A DNA stretch of 64,000 nucleotides, taken from NCBI GenBank assembly GCA_938045545.1, contig CALIBN010000007.1:1-64000 (forward strand), in the 5' to 3' direction. This DNA comes from an uncultured archaeon (GTDB taxonomy: Archaea > Thermoproteota > EX4484-205 > JAAOZP01). Each line of letters begins with the position of its first letter. Position 1 is the stretch's first letter. The notes beneath the pieces are model-generated. The model saw nothing but the letters and a program-made list of their open reading frames with translations. It searched no databases and was not told the DNA's origin. This document shows positions 48,750-59,305 of the stretch, piece by piece. Both the position numbers and the translations under genes were made by a program.

Positions 48750-49826
48750 TTAAAACTTGAAGAAGGAGCCAGACTCTTTAAAATCGAGCACCTCTATTCC
48801 AATCTCCTGCCCCGCTTTTTTAAGGTTCAGCCAGTAATTGTAGCCTCCTTGAAGCTCCAGTTCCCTAGCTGTTTTCAACCCGGTTTCCAAAACGCCCTCC
48901 GTGAGGTTTAAGCCGGATATTTCCATCCTCACGCCTCTGATAACCATGTATTTTTCGAAAAACTTTACACTAGCACGTTTGGGAACGTACAGGCTTATTT
49001 TTACCGAGCTAAACTTGTTTTCCCGTATTAAGCTGATGCTTGAAGAGACACTCCATAGATCAACACGGTCTTTACTCACCAAATACAGCCGGTCATCCTC
49101 GATTCTCCCCAGCGTGAACTCAATCATTTTCCTAGCGTCAATAAGTATGCTTCTCGCCCTGCCGATGGAACTGATTCTAGCTACTCCTTGCTCTACCAGC
49201 TCCTTCTCTTTTTCTTCAAAGGCTCTCGGAGTACCGTAAGCGTGCAGAAAAAATCTTTTTTCAACAAAATCCCCGTCCATCTTGATCTTGCAGCACGCGG
49301 GCTCCGGCTGCAAATGGTAATAAAGCTTAGCCAGCTCCTCAACTGTGTGGAAGCACGTATTGCTTTCCAACGAGGCGCCGATAAACAGTATCTTGCCGCC
49401 TAGCTCAGCTATCTTAAAGTATGGAGTGCCTTTTCCGCATGGAGTTTCAGCCTCCTCGTGACCTTCAATTATTCTTCTAGCCATTTCGCCTATGGCGGCA
49501 ACAGAATGAGTCGGATGCCTGCTCCTATATGCTTCCCCTCTTTTCCTCAATGTTTCGGGAACCACCCCGGTCCAGCAAGGTTTATCTTTAGAATAACTTG
49601 GAGGGTTCTCCGGAGAGTCGGATATCCGGCCGGTTATTGTGGGGGCAACTATCGTACCGTCCTCCCCAACGCTTTCAAGGAGAGCGTCTACCAGTGTTTC
49701 TGCACCACCAGGCACGTATCCGATGCTGCTTAAAGAGCTGTGAACAAGAACCGTGTCCCCCTTTTCTACCCCGATTTTTATTAAGTCCCCAACGATTTCC
49801 TCCTTTGTAAACTGGAATCTTTGCAT
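48750..49826 (-). CDS. AAC(3)/YokD-family N-acetyltransferase with extra C-terminal domain
   Basis: LVHSSLSSIG, APT, TG..PE, RSRHPTHS, G....NTCFH..EE; about 100 aa unrecognised tail. Confidence 0.85.
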   Translation of the reverse strand: MQRFQFTKEEIVGDLIKIGVEKGDTVLVHSSLSSIGYVPGGAETLVDALLESVGEDGTIVAPTITGRISDSPENPPSYSKDKPCWTGVVPETLRKRGEAYRSRHPTHSVAAIGEMARRIIEGHEEAETPCGKGTPYFKIAELGGKILFIGASLESNTCFHTVEELAKLYYHLQPEPACCKIKMDGDFVEKRFFLHAYGTPRAFEEKEKELVEQGVARISSIGRARSILIDARKMIEFTLGRIEDDRLYLVSKDRVDLWSVSSSISLIRENKFSSVKISLYVPKRASVKFFEKYMVIRGVRMEISGLNLTEGVLETGLKTARELELQGGYNYWLNLKKAGQEIGIEVLDFKESGSFFKF

Positions 49827-49898
49827 GCCGGCTGGGATTAAGGGAGTCTAAAAATATTTTATGCTTTTAGAATCAAGCATCCTGCGCTTAAACCCGCC

Positions 49899-51194
49899 TT
49901 ATGAAGCCAACTTTCTAGCTCTTTCAGCGAGTTCCCCACGCTTCCACATTATATCCTTCGGCAGGGTTAACGAGGCGGCGGTGAGAACCACAGCGCATAT
50001 CGACCAGGTTATGGTTATTATTACCACCATTCCCCATTCCAATCCCATGATGTCTGCCAAGTAGCCGGTAATAAGCGGCGCAAAAGCGGAGCCCGCGTTT
50101 TCAACGAACACCTGTACTGATTGAATGGTGCTCCTGACCTCGGGAAGAGCTATGTCTTGAAGGGAAGCTGTTACGGCAGGGCCCGCCATAGGAATGAAGA
50201 AGCCGGTAAGCGCTCCGAACACGGCGAAAAGCTCCACGCCACCCTTCGTTAAAAGCGTCAGGTCGAAAAAGACTAGGCCCACGGCCACCGATATCCCGGC
50301 GAAAATCGCCCTTCCTTTCAAGGTCTTCCTGAACGCCCAGTCGCTCGTTATTCCTGCAACCACGTTACCGGCAACCATTGCTGCAATCGCAACAAGCATG
50401 ATGAACAGCTGTGAATCCGGGTCGAACCCCCTCTCATAAGTCATGTAGGCAAAAAGCCAATAGGTTATTATCTGCCAAGGGAAAACCCCGAAGAAGCCTT
50501 GCGTAAAAAGGAAGATCATCGATTTTCTCCTCAGCACTTCGATCAACGACTCCTTCCTAAAAGTATCCTTCAGCTTATCCTTCACAGCGAGCAGTTCCGG
50601 CTCAGTGGAACCCCTCGGCTTGTCTCTTAACGTGGCCGCTATTAGGACTGCCAATAGCAAGCCGGGCACCCCAGTTATCATGAAGGCGCTGCGCCACCCT
50701 AGGGTGCTGCCCATGATGGTTCCAATAATGGTTCCCAGTAGGGCCCCGATTGCAGCGGAAGTATTCAGTATGCCGAAAGCCGTAGACCTCTTCTCAGGGG
50801 GGAAATGGTCGCCGATGAACGAGACTATCCCGCTGGTTGCCTCATTGTCAATACCGGTTAAGGCCCTGGTAAAGGCTAGCTCTACGAAATTCCTTGAGAA
50901 GGTTGAGAACACGGTTGTTCCCCCCCAGATAGCGCTGGCTAAAGCGGCTAGGTGGGGTCTAGCGTACTTGTCGAAAAGGTAGCCCCAGAGGGGCATGAAA
51001 ACCACTGCAACTACTGCGACGCCAGTCTGTATGGCGCCCAGCTGGGTATATGAGAGAGTAAACTCATCCTTTATCGAGGGAAGGAGCGGCGAGATTAGAA
51101 ACTTATCCGAATTATGGAGCACCATGAATAGGAAGAAAACGAAGACCGCATACCACGCTTCGCGCGATATACTGTAGGACGGAATCCTAGCCAT
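49899..51194 (-). CDS. MFS transporter (Spinster-like)
   Basis: About 12 TM helices; D...ISP, G.L.D...R, R.LTG, RS.A.G, GWR. ATG 51194 with GGGGTGA SD. Confidence 0.88.
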   Translation of the reverse strand: MARIPSYSISREAWYAVFVFFLFMVLHNSDKFLISPLLPSIKDEFTLSYTQLGAIQTGVAVVAVVFMPLWGYLFDKYARPHLAALASAIWGGTTVFSTFSRNFVELAFTRALTGIDNEATSGIVSFIGDHFPPEKRSTAFGILNTSAAIGALLGTIIGTIMGSTLGWRSAFMITGVPGLLLAVLIAATLRDKPRGSTEPELLAVKDKLKDTFRKESLIEVLRRKSMIFLFTQGFFGVFPWQIITYWLFAYMTYERGFDPDSQLFIMLVAIAAMVAGNVVAGITSDWAFRKTLKGRAIFAGISVAVGLVFFDLTLLTKGGVELFAVFGALTGFFIPMAGPAVTASLQDIALPEVRSTIQSVQVFVENAGSAFAPLITGYLADIMGLEWGMVVIITITWSICAVVLTAASLTLPKDIMWKRGELAERARKLAS

Positions 51195-51207
51195 CCTATG
51201 CTCACCC

Positions 51208-52083
51208 CTATCTAAGGTTCCTCCAGCCAACCAGAGTGAAACCCAGTTCCTCAACTATTTGTCGAGCCTCCTTAGAGGTGACCAGCTGGTAATCCAGATA
51301 CCTGTCTACGTTGCTCGTCACGCCATGGCTAGGTATTATTGCCTTCATCTCCTCTTCGGGAAGGCCAAGGTGTACTATTATCTGAGTCAGGGTTCCCGGC
51401 TTAATATCCTTCAAAACATGTCTAAACCATTTTATTCTTTCCTGCAGGTCGGAGCCGAATGTAATGCCGATGAAATTATCAAGCATAGGCGTACCGGATT
51501 TAAGAATCCTGCTTACAAGATCCTCGGATATCGTTATGCCCATCTGCTTAGCCACTTCGAACGCGCTTTCAGTGGGTTTAATCAACATTGGGATAAGGCC
51601 ATTATCCAGGGCAACCTTAACATAGGTCTCTAAGAGGTCCGGCCTGAAGAAAACCGTGCCCATGTGAGTGTCAAGATGAGAGGGCTGTAGACCAAGGTCG
51701 AAAGCCTTTTTCACCTGCGCCCTCAGCTCAGCCTCAACCTCCTTCCGCGAGGCTTTTGCAGCATCCTTCGCCTCCTTGTGAAGGTATCCCTGCTCATCTA
51801 AGAGGGTTGGAACCTCACTCGTTGAACTAACCGGGCCCCACCTGTAGAGCCTCCACTCGCTCGTCAGCGTCGAATGTATCCCGTAGTCGTAATCCGGGTT
51901 CTCCTTGAAGAACTCAACCGCCTCTAGTATCCATGGGCATGGTATCATAAGGCTGCAGCTTGAAACCACGCCGTTTTGAAACCCTAGGAAGGTTGCCTTA
52001 TTCTCTGCGTGACACATGCCGACATCGTCTGCATGGATAATCAGAAGCTTGTCATTCCGGTCGAAGCCGCCAGTCAACGGCAT
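51208..52083 (-). CDS. YdjC/ChbG family carbohydrate deacetylase
   Basis: IIHADDVG, SLM, GIH.TLTSEW, HLDTHMG. Confidence 0.85.
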   Translation of the reverse strand: MPLTGGFDRNDKLLIIHADDVGMCHAENKATFLGFQNGVVSSCSLMIPCPWILEAVEFFKENPDYDYGIHSTLTSEWRLYRWGPVSSTSEVPTLLDEQGYLHKEAKDAAKASRKEVEAELRAQVKKAFDLGLQPSHLDTHMGTVFFRPDLLETYVKVALDNGLIPMLIKPTESAFEVAKQMGITISEDLVSRILKSGTPMLDNFIGITFGSDLQERIKWFRHVLKDIKPGTLTQIIVHLGLPEEEMKAIIPSHGVTSNVDRYLDYQLVTSKEARQIVEELGFTLVGWRNLR

Positions 52084-52308
52084 ACTTGTGAACTAGAAAT
52101 GCTAAAATATAAATTTTTAAAAAACAAGGCAGTTTCTCGCCATGTATGCAATATATTACTGCATCCTCAATAAACTCCTCATCTTAAGATAGTTGAATAA
52201 TCCTTACGTATTATCAGTCTCCTGACTATCTTTTAGAGACAGGTTGACTTTCCGCGAAGCGTTTTAGCTTAAATGACTAAAATATTCCTTTTTCAAGACG
52301 CGCAAAAA

Positions 52309-53580
52309 TTACGACTCAGCGTATTGCTTGATTCTGATTCGATACGTCAGTAAAGCTAAAGCCAAGAGTATAGCAGTCGAGGAAAATATCTTAACAGAGT
52401 CGAGAATCAGGGTCTCGGCAAAAGTTTCGAACACGAGTATCCTGCGGCTGGTCTCAATACTCCAGGCTGGGGGAAAGATTACAGCCAGCAATCTTACGGG
52501 TTGAGGCATCCATTCCAAGGGAAACCAGATCCCGGTGGTAAAACTGAGAAGAAGGCCGAGGACGGTACCCATGCCTGAAGCACCTCTCACCGTTTTTGAT
52601 AGCAGTGAGACTAGTGCTCCGATGCTCATGCTCATCAGGGCTCCGCAGACCATGAAGGCAACAGCTAGAAGGTGTATCGGATTCAACGGGTCTAAAACGA
52701 TGCGTGCCCCCACAGCTGGAGAGACTCCTACAAGTATCAGTATCAATGCGGATATTAGTAGAGTCGTTAGTTGAGATAGGAAGCTTCCAACCAGAAACTC
52801 TCCTTCAGTAAGCGGGGTTGAGAAAAGCTTCCTAAGAGTCCCCCTCTCCTTCTCGGAGACTACGAGTATCGCGCCGCTGTTAAACCCGAAGTAGAGGAAC
52901 ATCATGCCTATTGCTTCAATCGTATACCAGCCCAGTGTTCTCACACGATCTTCAAAGAACTCTGGCGATACGTGGTCAACAGTTAAGTCTAATGGTCGCA
53001 TGATGCCTTGTACAGTAGCGTTAAACCACAGTTTCTCCTCCTCTGAGATAGGCAGCCATTTGATTATGTTCACCGCGTTTTCAACCATCTTAAACGAGAC
53101 TCCTTCAGAGAACCTTTCGAGAAAGCCTATTATTATTGAGGAAGATATTTGTGCAGACTCGGGGGTTCTTGAACCAACGTATGCGTGAAGCCTCGCTTTC
53201 TCAACCGGATTGATTACAGCGTAGCCGAATCCTTCAGGCACAACTATTACGCCGTCAAGCTCACCTCTCCTCAAAGCCCGTAACGCTTCCTCCTCAGATT
53301 GATATAATTTTACGTTAAACAGCTTTGAATCGTTATACTCTGCCTCCTCCAAGATCTTAATTAAAGACGAGCCGTTAAGCGGTGTTTGAGAGCTGTCTAA
53401 GTTTACAATCCCAAGGTTAAGCACTATTGTTCCCCCGTCACCGGTCGGCGGCACGAAAATGTATGCAGTCATGAAGATCCATATCAGCGGCCATGCTACA
53501 AGCCAGAAAACAAACGTCTTATCTCTAGTCATCAGCTTTAAATCACGAATGATGAATGAAACCATTGGTTTTATTCTCAT
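52309..53580 (-). CDS. ABC-2 type exporter permease
   Basis: RD....W...P, large extracellular loop, EKERGTL, TG.WFP..WMP. Confidence 0.88.
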   Translation of the reverse strand: MRIKPMVSFIIRDLKLMTRDKTFVFWLVAWPLIWIFMTAYIFVPPTGDGGTIVLNLGIVNLDSSQTPLNGSSLIKILEEAEYNDSKLFNVKLYQSEEEALRALRRGELDGVIVVPEGFGYAVINPVEKARLHAYVGSRTPESAQISSSIIIGFLERFSEGVSFKMVENAVNIIKWLPISEEEKLWFNATVQGIMRPLDLTVDHVSPEFFEDRVRTLGWYTIEAIGMMFLYFGFNSGAILVVSEKERGTLRKLFSTPLTEGEFLVGSFLSQLTTLLISALILILVGVSPAVGARIVLDPLNPIHLLAVAFMVCGALMSMSIGALVSLLSKTVRGASGMGTVLGLLLSFTTGIWFPLEWMPQPVRLLAVIFPPAWSIETSRRILVFETFAETLILDSVKIFSSTAILLALALLTYRIRIKQYAES

Positions 53581-54509
53581 TCCTCCAGCCTCCTTCCGGT
53601 TAGCTTTAGAAAAACATCTTCAAGCGTAGGCTTGACTACGCTTACACTCAACATCCTTACTCTTTTCTCACCGAGGATTAGTATGGTCTTAGGCAGATCC
53701 TCGTCGGGGTCGTCAGTATGAACATGTACTTCGCCGTTACAACTATAAACGTTTCCCCAACGGCTCTTTAAAACAGCAGAAGCATTCTCGACTTGTTCAG
53801 GAACGGGCTTAATCACTAGCACAGCTGGCGGGGCATAGAGTTTTTTAAGCTCCTCAGCACTGCCCTCCGCGATTAACTTACCCTTGTCTATTATTGCAAC
53901 CCTGTTTGCAAGTCCTTCTGCCTCGTCAACAAGATGAGTCGCCATGAGGATGGTAACTCTGTTTGAAACTTTTTTGCGTAGCAATTCTAGGACGCTTCTG
54001 CGCATAGCCGGGTCTAAAGCTGTAGTCGGCTCATCAAGTATCAGCAGCTCAGCCTCAATGGCTAGGGATAGTATGATTGAAGCGAGTTTCATCTGCCCCG
54101 TTGACAGTTTGGAAGAGAGCCTGGTTGCTAACTCCTGAACACCCAATTTTTCAAAAAGCCACTTAGCCTCCTGCCGGACAGTATTCCTGTTGAAACCGTA
54201 TAACGATGCGTAGAAATCAACATTCTCCATTACTGTTAGCCAAGGGTATAATGGTGGAGTCGCTGGAAGATAGGAGATTTTTAAACGCGTTGACGGATCG
54301 AAAGGACTACCCCCAAGAACCCTAATGCTTCCAGACGTCGGCTTCATAACGCCAGCTATAATGTTGAACAACGTTGACTTGCCTGCACCATTCGGCCCTA
54401 TGAAAACGTATACCTCGCTAGGCCTAACCGTGAAGCTGACCGCGTCCAGCGCGACGACACTGTTATATGATTTAGAAATCCCTTGAGCAGCAACCACTTC
54501 CTGCCCCAT
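53577..54509 (-). CDS. ABC-2 type exporter ATP-binding protein
   Basis: GPNGAGKST, LSTGQ, LDEPT.ALD, TH, PTLEDVFL. Confidence 0.9.
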   Translation of the reverse strand: MGQEVVAAQGISKSYNSVVALDAVSFTVRPSEVYVFIGPNGAGKSTLFNIIAGVMKPTSGSIRVLGGSPFDPSTRLKISYLPATPPLYPWLTVMENVDFYASLYGFNRNTVRQEAKWLFEKLGVQELATRLSSKLSTGQMKLASIILSLAIEAELLILDEPTTALDPAMRRSVLELLRKKVSNRVTILMATHLVDEAEGLANRVAIIDKGKLIAEGSAEELKKLYAPPAVLVIKPVPEQVENASAVLKSRWGNVYSCNGEVHVHTDDPDEDLPKTILILGEKRVRMLSVSVVKPTLEDVFLKLTGRRLEE

Positions 54510-55016
54510 GATTCTATCACATTTTTTCAATCACTATCTTTAAGTCTTATTCTTAATCTATTATCCTAAAAGATTAGGCTCATATTTCCTAATGTGCAAG
54601 CCATATGGAAATCTATATCAGGTTGTTTAATCTGGAACCCATGTATATGCCTAAACGTACGTTCAGACTACTTGAGCCAAAAATTTATGGGACTACGATT
54701 TGCGAGTTAGGGATTATTTCACCCTCAGGTGGATAAGGATTTGCTTAATGCTCAAGGTTAGAACGACCTAGGTTTTGATTTGTGCAGGGTTCGGCCCCTG
54801 CTATAACTCGGAAGAAAACTGGATTGAAGAGGCTAAACGACTTATAAAGTGGCTTCCCAAATGGAGGTCATTTCATCGGTTTCTCTAACGAGATGCGCCC
54901 GCTCCACTCCTTGAAAGCATCTAGCATTCCATAAGACTGTCAACGAGTATGGCAGACATCCTGCAGGAAGGAAAACATGTTTCTAAACTGCCGAGCAATC
55001 GGTATCCTGTTATCAA

Positions 55017-55520
55017 CTATCTTCTCGCTTCTCTGACCATGTGGCCGATTTCAGGAAGTATCAGCCTCCTAATCGCTAATTCCACAGCATTCTTCGAACC
55101 CGGTAGACATATAAGTATCTTTCCCTTTACAACTCCTGCGAACGCTCTTGTAAGCATCGCAGCCGTACCTATTTCACTGTAGCTGAGGAACCTGAAAAGC
55201 TCGCCGAACCCCTCAATCCTCTTCTCAACTGTTTTAGAGACTGTTTCAACCGTAACGTCCCTCCTGCTCAACCCGGTTCCTCCCATAGTCAGTATAACGT
55301 CGATTCCCCCGTTGCTAAGCAGCTCTTCAATGATCCTCCTTATCTCCCCCTCGTCGTTCCGCACGATAATCCTCTTGCACACCTCGTGCCCACTGCTCTT
55401 CAAAATATCCTCCGCTATCCTACCGGATTCGTCTGTTTCAACCGTTCTGGAGTCGCTTACAGTAACCAGTGCGAAAACGAGGCTTCTGGGAGAAGCCTTC
55501 CTATGTTCTAAATAGTCCAA
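55017..55520 (-). CDS. moaB: Molybdenum cofactor biosynthesis protein B (MoaB/Mog)
   Basis: TVSDSR, DESG, GGTG...RDVT, GFGE.FR, LPGS. Confidence 0.9.
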   Translation of the reverse strand: MDYLEHRKASPRSLVFALVTVSDSRTVETDESGRIAEDILKSSGHEVCKRIIVRNDEGEIRRIIEELLSNGGIDVILTMGGTGLSRRDVTVETVSKTVEKRIEGFGELFRFLSYSEIGTAAMLTRAFAGVVKGKILICLPGSKNAVELAIRRLILPEIGHMVREARR

Positions 55521-55969
55521 TCCTTAACCTTCTCCTCGATAACTATGCTTTCTATCGCTGTGAACGGATACTGCCCTTTCTCATCCTTCTCAATCTCCTT
55601 AACCATGTCCCAGACCGTTAGTAAAGCTGCAGCCACCCCGGTTAAAGCCTCCATCTCCACACCGGTCTTAGACTCTGAGACAACCCGACATACTACTGAA
55701 ACCCTGTCTTCCCCCGTTTGAAACTCGACAGCTATATGTGTTAGAGGAATAGGGTGGCAGCCGGGTATCAGCTCAGGAGTCTTCTTAACAGCTAGGATTG
55801 CTGAAACCTTTGCAACAGTAAGAACATCGCCTTTCGCAATCCTACCGGTTTTCAACGCATCCACTGTTTCGCGCCTAAGCCTTATCCATCCCTTTGCAAC
55901 AGCCATCCTGCGTGAAGGCTCCTTGCCGCTTATGTCGACCATCTCCAGCCCCTTTTCGTTCCAGTTCAA
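55508..55969 (-). CDS. moaC: Cyclic pyranopterin monophosphate synthase
   Basis: MVDISGK, KGDV, CHPI, TGVEMEAL, WDMVK. Confidence 0.93.
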   Translation of the reverse strand: MNWNEKGLEMVDISGKEPSRRMAVAKGWIRLRRETVDALKTGRIAKGDVLTVAKVSAILAVKKTPELIPGCHPIPLTHIAVEFQTGEDRVSVVCRVVSESKTGVEMEALTGVAAALLTVWDMVKEIEKDEKGQYPFTAIESIVIEEKVKDWTI

Positions 55970-55972
55970 GGT

Positions 55973-56383
55973 TTAAACAGCCTCCTTAACCCATCTTTCC
56001 CCTCTGGGTGTAACCTCTTTTTTCCATATTGGTGCACGTGCCTTAACCTCGTCTATAATCCAGCTGCAGGCTTTGAAAGCCTCCCTCCGACTTTCGGCTG
56101 AGGCGGCCACCAGAACTATGTTTTCTGCCTGCTTCAGTCTTCCAACCCTATGAATAATGGCTGCATCAATTATTCTGAATTTTTCTAAAGCGTTTCTCCT
56201 TATTTTTTCAAGCTCCGCCTCCGCAACCTCCCTGTATGCTTCGACAATCATCTCGCTAACAGTCTCCCCTTCCCTAAACCCCTTCACAACACCTAGGAAA
56301 AACACTATTGCGCCGGTTTCCATTCCCTTCAGTGTTGAAGCAACCTCGTCTATTGAGAAATCATCCTCGGTAACGCGGATCAT
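55973..56383 (-). CDS. moaE: Molybdopterin synthase catalytic subunit
   Basis: GAIV.F.G.V, EAY, HRVG.L, R.EAF, K..PIWKKE. Confidence 0.92.
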   Translation of the reverse strand: MIRVTEDDFSIDEVASTLKGMETGAIVFFLGVVKGFREGETVSEMIVEAYREVAEAELEKIRRNALEKFRIIDAAIIHRVGRLKQAENIVLVAASAESRREAFKACSWIIDEVKARAPIWKKEVTPRGERWVKEAV

Positions 56384-56384
56384 T

Positions 56385-56624
56385 CTAACCGCCTCCGGCT
56401 GGAGGGAACACGGCTACTACATCTCCCTCGTTTAAACAGGTGTTCAAATCCACTGTTCTCCCGTTAACAGCTATAAGGAAGTTCTCCCCAGCCAGGTCAG
56501 CATGCCTCCCCCTGAGTTTTTCAACGATTTTCCCAACGGTTGTCCCCTCGTCAACCTCCAGTGTCTCCTTCTCGCCGACTTTCTCCCTAATCCAAGCGTA
56601 ATATTTTACTTCGATCCTCATCAT
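56385..56624 (-). CDS. moaD: MoaD/SAMP-like ubiquitin-fold sulfur carrier
   Basis: YA..RE, AVNG, GD.VA.FPPAGGG C-terminus. Confidence 0.9.
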   Translation of the reverse strand: MMRIEVKYYAWIREKVGEKETLEVDEGTTVGKIVEKLRGRHADLAGENFLIAVNGRTVDLNTCLNEGDVVAVFPPAGGG

Positions 56625-56697
56625 TATTCCTCCGGCTAACGTAATGATTTAAAGCTGGCTATAAAAGGTTTCTAACAGAAAAGCGTTTAAGCATGCT

Positions 56698-59157
56698 CTA
56701 GTAGTGCGATACTGTTATTCTCTTCCTGAGCTCTGGTTTTGAGAGCGGCCTATACAGCTTTACCAGAATCCTTTTCTCAATACGCGGGGGAAGGTCGAAG
56801 AAGTTATCGCTGAACTCTGCTTTCACCCCTCTAATCCTTACTTCGCATGATTTTACAACATTGTTCGAAACCAGGGTTAGCTCATAGGTTGCACTGTCCT
56901 TTCTGCTAAGCTTCATTCTAATTCTAGGCTTGGGAAGCGTAATATGCTTCACTTTTTCAAGGAATACCACGTCATACCTTGGCTCAGAGTCTTCAGGCTC
57001 GAAAACGCATACTAGAAAATTGCTGAACCTGTCTTTCACGCTTAACTCGCTTAGGCTTAGCTCCATACAGGGCTTTGAAGAATTCGCCTCTACAACAACC
57101 TCCATCTCTACTCCCGCCTTCCTGTTCCCCTTCAGGTCGAAAGACATGATCCTAAGCCTGCCCTTCACCGGTTTAAGAAGATCATTGCAAACCCAGGCCT
57201 CCACCTTATCCTGTTTAACAAGCAGGCTAACGTTAACGGGGTCGAATGCCCTCTTCACGTAGTAGTATGAAGCCTTAAGGTTACCGTAATAGTCGATCAG
57301 GCTCCAGCTGAACACTGGCCAACAGTCGTTGAGCTGCCATATCAAAGCTCCCCCCGTCTTAAACTTTCTCCTCCTCCAGTGTTCTACACCCGTCTTCATA
57401 GCTTCCCCTTGGTTTATTTGAGTCAAGAAGACAAACCTGCTCATTTTTACAGCCAGCTTGAAATGCAACAGAATGAAAAACCAGAGTCTCTCCTGCCCAA
57501 AATGCTGCTTATTATGGAATTCGATGACTCTGCTCTGCGGATCCCTGTCCCCGGGAAGAGTAAACCTTCTAATCGTTTCCATCGAGGGTGCCGACTGGAA
57601 GCCGAATTCGCTTATGAACCTGCCCTTATCATTAAGATACTCCGTGTAATCTCTTAGCATAGACCAAACCTCCCAGTTATGCCTGTCTCCCTCGCTCTGC
57701 GAATTAGGATCGTCACCCCCATATGGGCTACTCGGCCAGTAGAAGGTTGTAGGGTCAAGTTTAGAGCAAACCTCGGGAAGTATTTTGTGGTAGATCGTCT
57801 CGCCATAGAACCTATCCTTGATGCCGTACCAATGCGCTTTGAACCCCCAGTGATTCTCGTTGTTACCACACCATATTGCTAGGCAAGCGTGATTCCTGAG
57901 CCTCTTCACCACTTTCTCAGCCTCCTTTCTAACTAATTCGAAGAACCATTCTTCCTCAGGGTACTCTGCGCATGCGAACATGAAGTCCTGCCAGACAAGT
58001 ATCCCCTTCTCGTCGCAAAGCTCATAGAAAGCCTCATCCTCATACACACCGCCGCCCCAGACTCTTACCATGTTCATATGCGCCTCCTTCGCCCTGCTTA
58101 GAAGATAATCGTAAACCTGCCTGCTGACCCTAGGTAGGAAGGAGTCTGCAGGAACCCAGTTTACCCCTTTGCAGAAAACTGGAACATTGTTAACTCTGAA
58201 GAAGAACGTTTTACCCTCTTCATCCCTCTCCTGAACTACTTCGATCCTTCTTATTCCAACTTTCTTTTTAACCATATCTAAAACACCCTTCGAGCCCTCA
58301 ACAACAATCTCCAAGTCGTAAAGGTTCTGCTCACCATAACCGTTTGGCCACCATAGTTTCGGATTCTGAATGTTAAACTCGATTTTAACATCGTTTAATC
58401 CGGGTGAAACATCCATATGTTCCTCCCTAACCTGATCTTCGCCGAAACCCTTCACCCGAGTCCTCAGCTTTACACCTCCCGTTTCGAAGGCCTCTATAGA
58501 GACGCTTACACTTATCTTCGAGCTTTTAAGGTCACTGCTAAGTTCGCTGGAAAAATGGAAGCTTTCAATCTTACACACATCGTAAGCTTTAAGCTCCACG
58601 CTTCGCCAAATCCCTGAGGTTCCCAGTCTCGGGCCCCAATCCCAGCCGAAGGAGTATTGCGCCTTCCTACCGTAAACAACCGGGGGATAGAACGCTCCGC
58701 CCAGCTTAACGCTGCTCTTGTCATACATTTCCTCAAGAACCCTTTTAGGCGAATCAAGCCTAACTACTAGTATGTTTTTCCCTTCTTTTAAAAGATCTTT
58801 AACATTAAACTCATGCTCGTGAAACATGTTAGCTGTCCTGCCGACCTCTTTCCCATTGAGCCAGATTGTTGCAAAAGTATCCAAGCCGTGAAACTTGAGC
58901 TCAACATGGTCATGGTTGAGAAACTCTTTGCCTACGTGAAACTCTTTCATATACCACCAATCCTTATCCTCCACCCAAGCTACCTCAAGCTCGTTCATTC
59001 TGAAGAACGGGTCGGGGATCTTTCTATTCCTAAAAAGGTCAAGATGGACAACGCCCGGCACGGTTGCCTTAAACCATGGGCCTGAGCTCGGCGGCGTCTT
59101 CTCATCTCTCCCGCATTCTTTGAAAAACCATTCCCCGTTAAGACTTATGGTTTCCAT
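56698..59157 (-). CDS. Beta-mannosidase-like glycoside hydrolase (GH2)
   Basis: VPG.VH.DL, GLDT, RKAQYSFGWDWGP, KG.NWVP, RVWGGG.YE, WQDFMFAC, WCGNNE, SEFG, WQLNDCWP. Confidence 0.92.
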   Translation of the reverse strand: METISLNGEWFFKECGRDEKTPPSSGPWFKATVPGVVHLDLFRNRKIPDPFFRMNELEVAWVEDKDWWYMKEFHVGKEFLNHDHVELKFHGLDTFATIWLNGKEVGRTANMFHEHEFNVKDLLKEGKNILVVRLDSPKRVLEEMYDKSSVKLGGAFYPPVVYGRKAQYSFGWDWGPRLGTSGIWRSVELKAYDVCKIESFHFSSELSSDLKSSKISVSVSIEAFETGGVKLRTRVKGFGEDQVREEHMDVSPGLNDVKIEFNIQNPKLWWPNGYGEQNLYDLEIVVEGSKGVLDMVKKKVGIRRIEVVQERDEEGKTFFFRVNNVPVFCKGVNWVPADSFLPRVSRQVYDYLLSRAKEAHMNMVRVWGGGVYEDEAFYELCDEKGILVWQDFMFACAEYPEEEWFFELVRKEAEKVVKRLRNHACLAIWCGNNENHWGFKAHWYGIKDRFYGETIYHKILPEVCSKLDPTTFYWPSSPYGGDDPNSQSEGDRHNWEVWSMLRDYTEYLNDKGRFISEFGFQSAPSMETIRRFTLPGDRDPQSRVIEFHNKQHFGQERLWFFILLHFKLAVKMSRFVFLTQINQGEAMKTGVEHWRRRKFKTGGALIWQLNDCWPVFSWSLIDYYGNLKASYYYVKRAFDPVNVSLLVKQDKVEAWVCNDLLKPVKGRLRIMSFDLKGNRKAGVEMEVVVEANSSKPCMELSLSELSVKDRFSNFLVCVFEPEDSEPRYDVVFLEKVKHITLPKPRIRMKLSRKDSATYELTLVSNNVVKSCEVRIRGVKAEFSDNFFDLPPRIEKRILVKLYRPLSKPELRKRITVSHY

Positions 59158-59305
59158 GAGTTTCCACAATATCGTCGCAAATATAAAACTTTATGCCTTT
59201 CAGTTTAAGACTTAGATAAATAGGTTTGCAAGCCCTTATCGAACCATTTTAACTTGAGTCGAAATCGGCGGTTGAGAAAACCATATATACTGCAAACAAC
59301 GAGGG

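Noticed and set aside
48750-49826. Acquired aminoglycoside resistance gene
   Set aside because: No mobile-element context; YokD-like homologues are widespread and the neighbours are metabolic.
54600-54900. Fragments GIISPS / VDKDLLNA..NDLGFD, weakly resembling an S66 LD-carboxypeptidase N-terminus
   Set aside because: Too short and split across frames to support; a tblastx search would be needed.
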